NCBI RefSeq assembly: GCF_006345805.1
Contig: NC_043010.1
Location: 17,546,001-17,610,000, forward strand
Source: Octopus sinensis
Taxonomy: Eukaryota
Direction: 5' to 3'
Length of the DNA: 64,000 bases
Below the pieces are notes generated by a model. It was not told the DNA's origin. It saw only the letters and a list, made by a program, of their open reading frames with translations, and searched no databases. This document shows positions 38,690 to 52,143 of this stretch, piece by piece (the stretch's first letter is position 1; each line of letters begins with the position of its first letter). The translations under genes were made by a program, and so were the position numbers.

Positions 38690-39847
38690 TCTACAATATT
38701 TGGTGCTGCCAAGAACAGTGTAAGCTTGAGCTTACTCTGTCATTGCTATTCAAAGAACATATCTTTCCTAATTTTCAACTTTGGCACATGGTCACAAATT
38801 CAGTCAGTTAAATCCACCCCAGGAAATGGTACAATTATTTTATTAACTCCAGAATGATTAAAAAAAAAAGCAATATAAGCCTCAGTGAGATTTGAACCCA
38901 TAATGTACAGAGCCAGAACAAACACCTGCCAGTATTCCATGTGACATACCAAAGATTTTGTTAATCTACTGCCACCTTTCTTAATTAAATAATGAGAAAT
39001 CAATCTACATTTAAACTGATTACTTCAATATTTAAACACTTTAAATAAATAAAATTATTTTAATTGAAAATTCCTCTTTTGATGATCATTACCAAAAGGT
39101 TTTTATCGTTGTCATCATCATCATCATCATAATCATCATCATCATAATTTAACATTTGCTTCCCATACTGATGGAGACACATGGCTTAGTGGTAGAGGTG
39201 TTGTATTCATGATCTCAAGATTGTGGTTTCAATTCCTGTATCAGGTAAGCATTGTGCTCTTGAGCAAGACACTTCATTTCGCATTGTTCCAGTCCACTCA
39301 GATGGCAATCCTGCAATGGACTGATGTCCCATCCAGGGAAGAATATGTCCCCCGGAGAAACCAGGAAATTGGCCCAATGCTCCTTACAAAATAACGTGGA
39401 CTAACTTTTCCATGTTGGTGGGACTGTTTGACAGAATCTGGCAAAACTGGAAGACAATGCCAAGTTCTGCTGTCTGCATTTGGTATGGTCCCCATAGCTG
39501 CATGCCCTTTCTAATCTCAAATTTTTACAGTTTTATATTTTTCTTACTTCAGCTGAAAGGATCGGTTGAATCCTGTTGCTGTGAAGGGATTGAAATAATC
39601 TGCTTTTTGACTAGAATTGCTGTTTCTCTTCAAGATTCTCTTTATTGTTTCCAATATCAAAAACTCATTCTTTTCCTCAATCTCCACTCTCTCTCTCTCT
39701 CGCTCTTTATATATATATGTGTGTGTATGTGTCTGTCTGTCTGTCTCTCTCTCTCTCTATCTATCTATCTATATATATATACATATATATAAATATATAT
39801 ATGTGTGTGTGTGTGTCTCTATAAATATATATGTGTGTGTGTGTGTG

Positions 39848-39878
<31 letters not shown>

Positions 39879-41222
39879 TTCAATACTTGTTTCAATCCAT
39901 GGTTATTTAAACATCAACTTATATACACTTGCTCTCCACTACCAATGTTGTTGTCGTCGTCGTCGTATTCTGTCATATCTCATTGACATAAATTAAGCCT
40001 CGCATAACTTGGAACCACCTTGATTCCCTGCCCTGATAATCCCAGACCTGGATCCACGATGTTCTGACATTGCCATGTAACATGGTGTCCCAGCACAGCA
40101 GCAGTAAATCTCTTCCATGGAACTAACAAACTTCACAACACACGCATGCTTTCTGCTGATTCTTGACTCAACCCCTTCAAACCCTTAAACTCCAATGAGT
40201 CATCGAATGTCCACACTATCACCTATACATACAATACTGACCAGTCTGTAGCAATTCAAGGGTCCACCTATACACATAGAGTGTGAGCAATGACCATAGT
40301 TTATTGTTTTTAGTGACCCCAACACTAATCCCTACACCCATTATTTCCTCCCCAGAGTATTATCCCTCTGATGACAGTCAAGGCTGATTTAGAGGACAAC
40401 GAAAAACCTGGCTGATGACAGTCAAGGCTGATCTGGAACCCAAGCTAGGCCCCCATATCTATGGCGTTCGCCGCTGGAATAAGGAGTGATTGGAGATCAT
40501 GTGGTCGTTAGCCTCAAATCGCTAGGCCTGGTCGGCGTTTGTGAGAGATGCAGCATTGAGGATGAATAAAGCCAGCTCAACCCACCCCGGGTGAATGCTG
40601 TCAAGTCAAGTTAAGTCCCAGAGTATTATCCCCCTGGAAATGTTTCCCTGTACAGAATGGGAAGGTGGATGCAATGTGGGTGATGGGTGGGGGAGAGATG
40701 AATCAGGAGATCCCTGACTGGAGGTGTAGAGGAGGGCTTGAGTGGGAGTGTAGAGGAGGGCTTGAGTGGGAGTGTGGAAGAGGGCCTGGAGGGAGGTGTG
40801 GAGGGGACACCAGATCAGACATCTTGAAGTTGCAGTGATCACTGTAGCAGTATCAGTGTTAATAAACACAGAGTAAGAAGATGGTGGTATGTCTGTGGAG
40901 GAGAGGCTGAAGTAACCGTCGTTGGGGATTCCATACTTAGAACATAATGAGTAACCAAAAGATAAAATGTCTAAGTATAGCTTGGTCTTGGAAGACTGTT
41001 CACTTAATCAAACCAATGATAGAAAATGATGGAAGCAACTAAATCCAGGACAATTCCAGAATAAACATATATAGCTTATTTCTTTAACATCCATAGATGT
41101 GAGTGTCCAATAGGGATTGGAGAAAATTCTTGATTACTGTATTCTTTTTATTCTTCTAAGTAATTCAGTTATTAGAAAGTAGGTGAGAATTGGCAGAATG
41201 GTACAGGTGAAAAGCAGAAGCA

Positions 41223-41264
<42 letters not shown>

Positions 41265-41654
41265 CCAGTAGAAGTGATACAAAAGGTTTGCCTCCTTGGC
41301 ACGGCCAGAATAATCAGGAAAATATTAGATAGCTGAGAAGAACGGATAGCATGGTACTGTAGGCTGGAGGCATCAAGCCCACAATGTATGCAAGACTCCA
41401 GGAGTTCCAACAAAACCTGAGATAAAAAGAATGGATAATAATAATAATCTTTTCTACTTAAAGCCAGAAAGCCTGAAATTTGTGGGGAAGGGGCTCATTG
41501 ATTGCATTGACCCCAGTATTCAACTGGTACTTATTTTATCAACCCCGAAAAGGATGAAAGGCAAAGTCAACCCCAGCATAATTTGGATGCAGAACATAAA
41601 GATGGATGAAAGCCACTTAGCATTTTATCTGAGAGGGCTATGGGCTTTACCTTG

Positions 41655-41689
<35 letters not shown>

Positions 41690-44080
41690 CCTTTCTACTA
41701 AAGGCACAAGGCCTGAAATTTGTGGGGAGGGGGATGAGTTGATTACATTGAACCCCCCCCCCCCGTACTTAACTTCTTTTATCAACCCTGAAAGTCAAAG
41801 TCAACTTTAGCGGAATTTGAACTCAGAACGTAAAGACAGATGAAATACTGCTAAGCTTTAATAGTTTGGCAGATCAGACTGGAGCCTGGTGCAGCCTCCT
41901 GGTTTGCCAGTCCTCAGTGAAACCGTCCAACCCACCCACGCCAGCATGGATGATGATAATGATGATGAATGATAATAATAAGAACAATGATGATAATGAT
42001 AGATTAGAGAGAAAGGGAGACGATATGTGAATTGTTAGGTTGCGAGAGAGAGGGGAAAGGAAAACTACAAGTGATAGTAGGGGAGAGGTTGTTACAACAA
42101 GAATGCCTGGTCAACGAGGGCTCACTCGAGATTAAACAATAACAACAATAATTATCAATTTGAAATTTATAAAAACAGATAAAAGAATTTATTTAACGTC
42201 ACAGAGATCAATAGATAGTCTTGTTTCAGAGGTAATTATTAATAAGGGTAAGGTGATTAATGATTACTGAATGTTATATAATTATACTTAACGAGTTCTC
42301 TTGTCTGTGAAATAGGTAGAGCATTGCTGTCAGATAATTTCTTTTAACTCTTTTCTTACCGTATTTCTGTTAAAATACAATGATTTTGTGTCAATTTATT
42401 TTGAAAACAAGGAAGAATTTGTTAAAATAACTTTGCCATTAGTAAGAGAATGTTTGGGACATAAATTAAGATGGAATTTTGATGAAGGTTTTTTAAAGAT
42501 CACTTTAAAACAATATTTAAAAAATTACTGTGATTAAATCATGAATTTCTTAAGGAAATTATAAATAATTTTCAAAAGTGTCTTTTTTTTCTTTGTTTTT
42601 GTTCAATTAAAATCAAAACTTGTTTTAATGATTTCCTGGTGTCTTTTGTTTAATTTTTTGTTCGTGCAAGCTGCAAAAATATGCCTATTAGCTTTATTCC
42701 TTAATTGTGGTGCAAATTCACAAAAAACTTTATGAACAGACGTTGATTTAACAACACACACTCACACATACAGAAACATGCCCTCATAAATGCACACACT
42801 TATACAAAAACAGAGGAAAAAATAATCATAATAATAATAAAAACCTGGTTATTGCAGAAATGCCAAAGTATGCAATAATTGGAACTGGCATCAACAAATT
42901 TTATGAATATTTCAGATTCTGTCTTTGTAAATTAAATACTTTGAAAGCAATTTTTGTAATTTTCTCCAATTCCTTTTGCTAAAATACTTCCTCTGCCACC
43001 TTACTCCAATATACTACTTTCAAAAAGTTTCCTCCAAATCTCGTCCAATCTATTTGTGATCAACCAAAAGCAAAAAAGAAATGGGGTCTATCATTTAATT
43101 TGGCAAACGCTAACAAACTGTTTCCTTTCATTGTTTCCTCTCTTATTTTAATGATTTAAATGTTAAAAGTCAGTCATTTTTTGATCTGTTGACTGACTTA
43201 AAATGTTTTATGTATGATGTTGTTGTAGTTGTCCTTCTTTAGCCTCAGAGTTCTGATTCAACAGACATACGATTAAAGATAATCTGCTTTTGGCCATTCC
43301 ATCCCATCCTACTCTAAATTATTCTGAATTCAGAGACACCATCTCTATGCAAGACTTAAGTTAATATTGGCTCATTTAGAGAAAAGAGCATGATAAAATA
43401 AAAAAACTGACTATAAATAATTATACTGTGTAAGAAAAAAACTATGTTGTTTATTGACTAGTATTAATTTTATTATTTCAGCTGGTATGGGAGACAACTC
43501 TGTACAGGTTTCCATGTTATTATGACCTTGTCAGTGAAATATAAGCTTAAATGTATTTGCCCAAGAAGTAATGGGAGAATCACTAAGTCTATGTACAAGA
43601 ATATACAGCAGTTGGTTGAGAAAGACAGACTTGCTTTCAGAAAAACAAACTCAGCACCGCCATCTGCAGAAATGCCAATAGTTATACTAACAGTAGTTAT
43701 ACTAAAAGAATTGATGTTATCTATTATTTCATTGTACAGATATTATCAACACTTTATCGTCCCTTGAATACATTATAATAGACTTTGAAACCTTTGTTAA
43801 TAATAATAACTGATTGGAATTGGAAATTAATTGGGACACAGCTATATAAAGGGTTAGGTTGCGAAAATGTGTGCTTGTGTTGGTGAACTTTGTGTTATCA
43901 ATGATTATTATCAGAATGAAAAAAAACAAAAACAGGTCAAATCTTAATGAAATTGGAAAAATGTGGAGAAATCTGTCTGGGAAGTTATCAAGTAGGAACT
44001 AACCATAATAGTGGAATCACTAAACATTGTCTTTAGAAATTTGTTCTCCTGCAGCTTAATTATATTTTATATTTTATAAA

Positions 44081-44310
44081 GGCGGTGAGCTGGCAGAAAC
44101 GTTAGCACGCTGGGCAAAATGCGTAGCCGTAGTTCGTCTGCCATTACGTTCTGAGTTCAAATTCCGCCACGGTCGACTTTGCCTTTCATCCTTTCGGGGT
44201 CGATAAATTAAGTACCAGTTACGCACTGGGGTCGATGTAATCAACTTAATACGTTTGTCTGTCCTTGTTTGTCCCCTCTATGTTTAGCCCCTTGTGGGTA
44301 GTAAAGAAAT
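44081..44310 (+). mobile_element. tRNA-derived SINE family A, best-preserved copy (tail type 1)
   Basis: A box TGGCAGAAACG, B box GAGTTCAAATTCC, body GGTCGACTTTGCCTTTCATCC...GATAAATTAAGTACCAG, tail AGCCCCTTGTGGG. Other family copies at about 154-297, 7366-7565, 22884-23035, 27721-27935, 28360-28510 (+) and 41440-41625, 41690-41855 (-). Confidence 0.85.
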
Positions 44311-46700
44311 ATATATTTTATATAATGACCCAAGTAAATTAATACATGTGGCAGGTGTGGGGGACATTTTGTTTATGTTTAAGAAATATAATATTCTAAG
44401 CAAAATTTAAACGTTCTACATGAACTCAGCAACATTGCAGCTGATGTTGTAAATTTTACCTTTACTATGTGTAAAGCACCGTAACCCTGCAAAACAGTCG
44501 GTTAATTGGGCAGGGGAAAATGTAAGGTTGTAAAGTCCCTTTGGTCCTGTCACATCAAGGTATGTTCAACCTCTCAAGTGTTTGCGCTACAAGAAAAAAT
44601 ACCCAGAACACCCTGTTGATGTTAGGAAGGGCATCCAACTGTAGAAACACAGCCAAATGACACATATGGACATCATTCTGTGGAACAAGTAGCTCCCATA
44701 GAGTGGGGATGACCATTCCAACCCAGAGTAACAAGGAAAACCGACATAAAGTTATCGCTGTTGTATATTATCTACTGCTTATCTATGAAAAATATTAAGT
44801 AAATAAATTGCAGAAAAGTTTATTATCCTTGAAAATGGGTTAATGGATATCTTCCAGGTAAGTTAAACATTGATGGCAACAACTTGAAACAAAGTTTTTT
44901 TATATTACAAAATAGGAAGAATTTTATGGAAAATTATTGATGTTAATTCAATGATTTTTACCTCCTGCACTAAAGAGCTCTGGAAAGCCAGATTATCTAC
45001 ATTTCTGATTAAGATCCAAAAATAGTCTTCATCACTTGAAACTTAATTGAAATCAAGGCTGCTATTTTCAGTATTTATAGAGAAGTTCACAAAGTAGGCC
45101 AAATTAAATCTCTTGCAAAAACCCTTTTACTATGAATTGTTACTGGAAATTCTTCCAAATTTTATCTATTTATATCAACAGTGTCCTCTCAAAATTTGTT
45201 GGTTTGCTCTACCAACTCCACTGTGCTCATTTGTCTGTTTCTCACCAGAATGTTTTAAAGCCTTGAGTTTCCTTTGTCTGACTTTTTGGCCTAACTATAA
45301 AGTTGACCTTTTAAGTTGCAATAATTACGTCCCAGGTTTTCTAAGTATTTAATGAAAATGCAGAGAGATCAGAGGCTGGGATGGATGAAAATATCTGCGT
45401 ACAGTGGGAGAATGTTAATGGTTATGTAAATTAACAATACAAAGCAATTGATAACATTTAGTATTTTAGAAAATTATCTAAATGGTAGAATTTCTTATTA
45501 TAATGGAAAATTTGAAGAAAATAATCTTGAAAATATTAAAATGCGGTAATTTGAAAAGTAAAGCAACAAGTTTAATGAAAATGAAAAGCAGAGTAAATGT
45601 ATATCAAGGTGTAATTTATGCGTTTATTAAAGGTGAATGATAAGCAATTGAAGAGAAAGAAATGAAATCATTAGTCACCTAATTTGTTACCTACTCAGAT
45701 AAACTTTGAATTGATTGGAGATAAAAGCTGTAAATTTAGTATCACAAACACATGTAAACAAATTTGAAATCTCTTCACCCCTATCGCAGACAATAAACTT
45801 TTCACTGTTTGCTGGAGTATCTACCCAGAAACATTTCAAGTAAAGGATTTAGAATATAGCTGGCTCCAATCAAAACATCATCTGAGATTAGTGTTTTTTA
45901 TCAACAGACAGATGGGAAATTTGTATAAAGATGTACTTTGAGTCTAAAACAATTTTAAGATTTCAAATATAACAGGAAAGTATTTGTTTGTTTCTTGTTG
46001 GGAAGGATGGAAAAGACTCTATAATATGCAAATTTATAACTAAGAGATGAATAAGGTGAAAACAGATGGAGAATTCTTGAATTTGCTGAGACAAATAGCT
46101 TCAATATATTGATCAAAAGCGTATTGTTAAAGAAAAGGCATGATGTAGATTGTTTCACAGCTAATTAAATCAAGTTGTTAATTACAGTACAATAATATTG
46201 CAGTTATATCACCAAAGACCAGATGTTTGGATTCATTTATGCCACATTTCTGTCAAATAAATTCTGGTAAATTCTTCAGAGTATTTCTTAAATGTAATTT
46301 TTAAAAGTTTTAGGATTAAAACAGAATTTTTCTGTTAGAATATCAGAAAAATATTCTTATATGTTGGATTTTAAATTTTTTGGTGTTGTATAAACTTTGT
46401 AAATTTATGAAAATAATATTTAAATTACATGAAGTTGTTTTTTTTTCTCTTTAGCAGGATTCACCAAACTTTATTGGAGGTGGCAACTCAAGCACCAGGC
46501 AGCCCAGTGACAATCATTTCAGGATCGCTAGCATAAAGTTCTTGTCAAATTCTAGGGTCAATATAATTGACTTATCTTCTCTCCTTGAAATTGTTGGTCT
46601 TGTGTCAAAATTTGAAACAATAGGCTATATTTTTCGTGGCTGTGGTGCCAAAGCTCAAAGACCGCCCTCTAGCTGCGCCACACTACATCTTCAGTTAAAG

Positions 46701-46979
46701 CACTGGTTCTCAACTATTATTTGGCTATGGACCCCTTTGATTATTATTTTATTCTGGTGGACCCCACTAACCATTCGATGTTTAAAGCCTAGTTTTACAG
46801 ATACTTCTTTTGAAATTCCTATATCGTTCGTCGCACATACATTCGCGTTGTTTGAACTCCGTGTAAAGTTAGAGAAATAAGTAATTCTGGACCCTTAAAA
46901 TAATATTGTGGACCCAATTTACTATTTTGTTTATGTGGACCCCCAAGAATCTTATATGGACCTCAGTTGGGAACCACTG
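46701..46979. mobile_element. hAT (Charlie-like) MITE
   Basis: TIRs CACTGGTTCTCAAC / GTTGGGAACCACTG; exact 8-bp TSD AGTTAAAG at 46693-46700 and 46980-46987. Confidence 0.88.
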
Positions 46980-47442
46980 AGTTAAAGTAACAAGGGAAGT
47001 CTTCTTCGTGTATTGGAAAATAATTTATTGTTACATCCATAAGGTGTTCATGTAATACAATCGACAGAAGCATTCGGATGAAACTGCGTAATATGACACA
47101 TGCAGAAAGCCTTTGTTAGAACACTCAATACTTGAGCTAATTTTTATATATTAAATACATATTCAGGTGCCGTGTGTGTCTTCTTCTTTGATCATTCCAG
47201 GTTGAATATGCAGCTGTAAAAACAGCTTTTAGGAGAATGCACGCAAACTCAAACCGAGATACTCTTTATTTTTGGCTTTCAATTTGGCTGTATTTGTAGG
47301 CCTTGCTCACAGAAAGTTCTAGTCAGACCACCAAACTATCACTTGAACAATGGTCATTCATTGGATCAAATCTTGATTGTGCACGTGATTGAATTGTGAT
47401 TTCTATGTGGTAAAATGTGGGATTGAATGAAATGCTGTATCA

Positions 47443-47455
47443 GTCCTCCTCCAGA
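47443..47455 (-). promoter_or_regulatory. polypurine tract
   Basis: TCTGGAGGAGGAC immediately before the 3' LTR start TGATACA on the minus strand. Confidence 0.55.
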
Positions 47456-49083
47456 CAACTTGTGAGGGAAAACAAGGAATCGATAACAGAGAGGAAAATG
47501 TGCATGTACAATGAGAAAAACAACCTAAACAATAGAAAAATATGAAAGCAAAACGTACACTTAACAAACAAGAAACAATTGTTTGTGGAAAATGGTTCAC
47601 AGTAGACTCCATGTTGGATTCAACAGTTCATGTTATTGAAAACGTTTGGGTTTTTTCCCCTAACATTTATTTTTCTAAAAGTTAGCTAAAAATAATAAGT
47701 GAGTGTATATTTTGTCGGTCAATGAACTCTTCTATTGCTTCATGTAATTCTGTTAGAAGTAGGTGTATTGACGGGTGCATTAGTAGTGAACAGTATGTCA
47801 CGTGTAAGCGGTGTGGGTGTGGTAGAAAAAGCGTCGAGTGTTGTTCACAGGAGTGACGAATCGGTTAGGCCTGCTTCAATCGATCGATGCTGTCTGATAT
47901 TTCCCTTGAACGTACAACACCATGAAGTTGTGTTTTACTTTCAAGACACGATATGGGCCGATACACAATGTCTGCAATGGATGTTTAATGGCATCATAAG
48001 GTATGAATAATTACGTCAATGTATGAATATCTGGTGGAACGAAAGTCTTGATCGTTTGTAGTCTCAAAGGCAATGGAGGTAACTCCGTCATGTATCAACG
48101 CATTCGATAAACATAACCTGCTGGAACAAAATGTCAATTGGCTGAAGCTGTAGTTAAAACCATTTGATCAGGTAGAGTTAGAGAGGAACCGTCAAGTAAT
48201 TCCGCCGGTGAATATCTCAGGCCATCCTTTACAGTGAACCGAATACCTAATAAAACAACGGATAAAACCTCCAACCAACGGTCTGAATCAGAATAAGCGC
48301 GCAGAGCTGCTTTCAATTGGCCATGAAAACGCCCGATCTTTCCATTAGACATGAGGTGATAAGCTGTAGTGAGGATTCGCTGGGTGCCTGGGAGGTTAGA
48401 AAGGTCGGCAGACAGACTGGATTCAAACTGATGACCTCTGTCAGCCGTTATGGTCAAAGGAGCTTTAAAACGAGAAATATGTCGGGCCATGAGGTCCTTT
48501 GCGACGGTGAGAGACGAGACGTCTATAATTGGCACGGCCCAGGCCACCTTGAAAAACCGCCTATGCAGGTCAGAAGATACATATTATCTTGAACTGGTGG
48601 TAATGGGCCCCACAATGTCAATGCGGATGTGTTTGAAATGTGCAGCGGGAGTAGCAAAGGTGCCTAAAGGGGTTTTGATATGGCGTTGAATTTTGGCTTT
48701 CTGGCACAGTATACATCAGCGCGGCCAGTTGCGAATATATGTTTGTGTACAAGGTCTTTTGCATGCAAGGACTTGAAATCAATTTCGCTGTAGCTGAAAT
48801 ACCAGGATGAGATAAATTATGAAGAGTGGAGAAAATAGTTCGTCTATGATGCTTTGGAACGAAAGGTCGAGAAAAACCAGTAGAAACACCACACAAAAAG
48901 AGGAATCAGCAGACTATAATGGTAATAAATGGAAATCCAAAGAAGTTGATTCCAGTGTTCGGTGTTGCAAAAATTTCTCATCTTCTTGATCCAAAGCGAC
49001 CTGTTGCAAATCAGCAGAATCAGGGGTATGTCAAAGCGTTGATTGAACGTGATATGCGAGCATCCGCCGCTGAATTATCAATA

Positions 49084-52000
49084 GGGGAGACCGGGGCAAG
49101 TTGACACATTTACTCTAGAGAAAATGCGAAACTACTTTCGGACGATTTAATGACCTCATAGTAGTGCTGTTAGTATAAGCTTCGCCCCTCATTTGATTTC
49201 GTCGCCGTTGTGAGAGTTTGTCTGCTACACGCGGACAACATTGGAATTTTCCACTTGGTAAGTTATTTTCGACATTGTTCAGGAAATGTGGTCTAAAGTT
49301 CTTCCGGGGAAAAACAAAAACCGGTGGTATGCTCTTTCCAGTGGCTTTTACACAGCATGCCAATGTGACCAGAGTTCCCCTCTCCGCACTCGTCATTTTC
49401 CCCACTTCCTTTGTCCCTTTTCTGGCAATAATTCTATCGAGGCAAAATTAGTTATTTTGGATATTGTTTAAGACTGCATTGTGTGTATTAAACCTTAAGG
49501 AGTTAGTAAAATATCTCTCACGACCCTATACAAATGGATTCTTGCGAAACCCTAGTGGTTTTCTCTCAGTGTTTACATTTACGAGGGGAATTGAGGTCGG
49601 GGCAAGTTGACACATATAAACAGGGGCGCATTGACACAGTGTGACAACTTGCTCCGGCCTTTGATAAAGTTGTTGTAGGGTGCTTACATTGATTCACAGA
49701 CTGTATCTGTCCCATTTTAACTAAGAGTGTTTGCTATTTGATTCATGTCTGGTACATTGGATCAATTCATTGAGTAACTTATGTACTGCTTGCTATAGTT
49801 TTAGATCAGCTCTCTTTATCTATACCAACCTATTCTATCTTCATAGCGCTATCTACTTAGTCAACAACTTGTATACTGCCTCAGCTTTGTAACCTGTACC
49901 ACTGATATATAAGCATGAAGTTATGCCATAACCAGGCATGCTTGAAACTGAAAAGTAGGTAAACACTCAGAGCTTTGTTTTGCTTTCACTGTTGGATTAT
50001 GCAATGAGCTAAATTGCTTTCTCTCTCTCCTTCCCCCTCTCTCTCTTTACAGATCTAGATCTACAATTGTCATGGTGCGACACTACAAACGCAAAAGCGA
50101 GAGGGCAACCCTTCCACAGGATGTAATCCAACAGGCTATTCAACAGGTCCGAGCTCGTATCATCTCCTTGCGAGAAGCTTCGAGGACATTTGGCATCCCT
50201 TTAAAATCTCTGTCTCGCTACTGCACCAAGGCCGATGAAGCAAACAACAACGATCACAGTCTTAGTGGATATAAAAAGCCACGGCAAGTTCTCGCCGACG
50301 AGTTCAAGAATCAGTTAGAGGCTTATGTTTTGGCTGCCGCAGAAATTACTATGGGCTTGCTCCAAAGGATGTGCGGAAATTGGCTTCTCAGATGGCAAAG
50401 GCAGATGGATGTAATATCCCTCCAACCTGGCATGAGACAGAAATGGCAGGTGAAGACTGGTTCTCTGGATATCTTCAACGACACAAGAATTTATGCATAA
50501 GAAGTCCACAGGCAACAAGCTTGGCACAAGCAACAAGTTTCAACAAGACAAATGTTGCTATGTTTTTCAACCAACTTGCTGAGGTGATGCTTCGGTATAA
50601 ATTCGATCCATTCAATATCTACAACATGGATGAAACTGGCATAACAACTGTGCAGCGCCCCGATAGAATTATTTCCAGAAAAGGAATAGAGCAAGTGAGA
50701 AAAATGACAAGTGCAGAGAGGGGAACTCTGGTCACATTGGCATGCTGTGTAAATGCCGCTGGAAACAGCATACCACCGTTTTTGTTTTTCCCCGGAAGAA
50801 CTTTAGGCCACATTTCCTGAACAATGGACCATCAGGCAGCGATGGAGGTGCTAATCCATCTGGTTGGATGTTTGAGGAGCAGTTTGTGAAATTCCTTCAA
50901 CACTTTGTGAGGAATGTGAAATGTTCAAAGCAGTCACCGTGCCTTCACTTGCTGGACAATCACGATTCCCATCTTAGTATCGAGGGGCTGACTTATGCAT
51001 CAGACAATGGCATCACCATGCTTTCTTTCCCACCTCACTGCACACACAGGTTACAACCGTTGGACAAAGCGGTCTATGGACCACTGAAGAAGTACACAAA
51101 CACTGCCATTGATGACTGGCATATCAACCATCCTGGCCAGACCATGGCCATTTATGACATTCCGTGTATTGTCAAAACTGCATGGCCATTGACTGCAACT
51201 CCGACGAACATTCTTAGTGGCTTTTCTTCTACAGGAATATGCCCTTTTAATCGCAACATCTTCACAGACAGCGACTTTGCACCAAGCTATGTCACTGACC
51301 GACCGGATCCTGCACTTTCAGCACCTGGGCCTTCAACAACTGCAACACCTGGGCCTTCAAGCAACATAGCCGCCAGGTCTTTTCTTTCACCATTTCAAAT
51401 CCGTCCACTATCCAAAGCAGGCCCTAGGAAAGAATCAACCAGAGGAAGAAAGAAACGTTGTTCTGAAATCCTCACTGACTCGCCGGTCAAAAGAACAATC
51501 ATAGAAGAAAAGACAAAAAGTAAAAGTAAAAAAGAAGACAAACATTGATAAAGAACGGGACTCAGTAAGGGTAGATCAATGAAGGGAAAAGGTCCAACTG
51601 TTAAGAAAAAAGTTCAAATTCAAGAAAGTGATACCTCTGATGAGGAAGAGTGCTATTGCTTAGTGTGCTGCGAGCCTTTTTACAACAGTAAAGGAAGGGA
51701 AGTGTGGCTTCAATGCTCTGATTGTAAAGGTTGTGCTCACGAGGCATGCACACCAGGTCTGACAATATTCACATGCCCAAATTGTGACTCTGATGATGAT
51801 ATGTAATGAAACCGTAATAATGTCCCTTGATCAAACCAACAAGCTTATATCGTGTGTTTCTGTTCATTAACATGTATGTTCCAAGAAAATGCATTCATGT
51901 GTCAACATACTCCATTATATGTGTCAACTTGCCCCGGTATCGGGGCAAGTTGACACATTTAAGTGGTCTTAGAAAATGCACAAAATATAAATCCAGACAA

Positions 52001-52143
52001 TAAGCAGATGAGATCTCTAGCTTCGTAAGTCTTCTGCTGTGGTTGATTTATGCGTGTAATACAAGATGCAGTAGAATACATTAAATAGTATTGCTCTGTC
52101 AGTGATAATGTAAAAAATGTAGTCAACCAACCCCGGTCTCCCC
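49084..52143 (+). mobile_element. pogo-superfamily (Fot-like, DD35D) DNA transposon
   Basis: Exact 13-bp termini GGGGAGACCGGGG / CCCCGGTCTCCCC, extending imperfectly to about 28 bp; TA TSD at 49082-49083 and 52144-52145. Confidence 0.92.
50072..51806 (+). pseudogene. pogo transposase with HTH, CENP-B-type HTH, DDE_1 and C-terminal PHD finger
   Basis: MVRHYKRK..ISLREASRTFGIP..; AGEDWFSGYLQRH; NMDETG, LLDNHDSH, HRLQPLD (35 residues between the last two Asp); CLVC...WLQCSDC..AHEAC...CPNC. Frameshifts near 50346 and 50778, TGA TAA at 51546-51551. Confidence 0.9.

Noticed and set aside
43481-43767. Open frame after a plausible acceptor (TTTCAG at about 43481)
   Set aside because: No recognisable protein motif and no partner exons found.
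46455-46880. Acceptor-like site and 112-aa ORF
   Set aside because: The ORF runs into the hAT MITE and has no recognisable homology.
46981-46987. TSD for the Gypsy element
   Set aside because: The flanks at 46981-46985 and after 55107 do not match, and the LTR termini are decayed, so boundaries are approximate.
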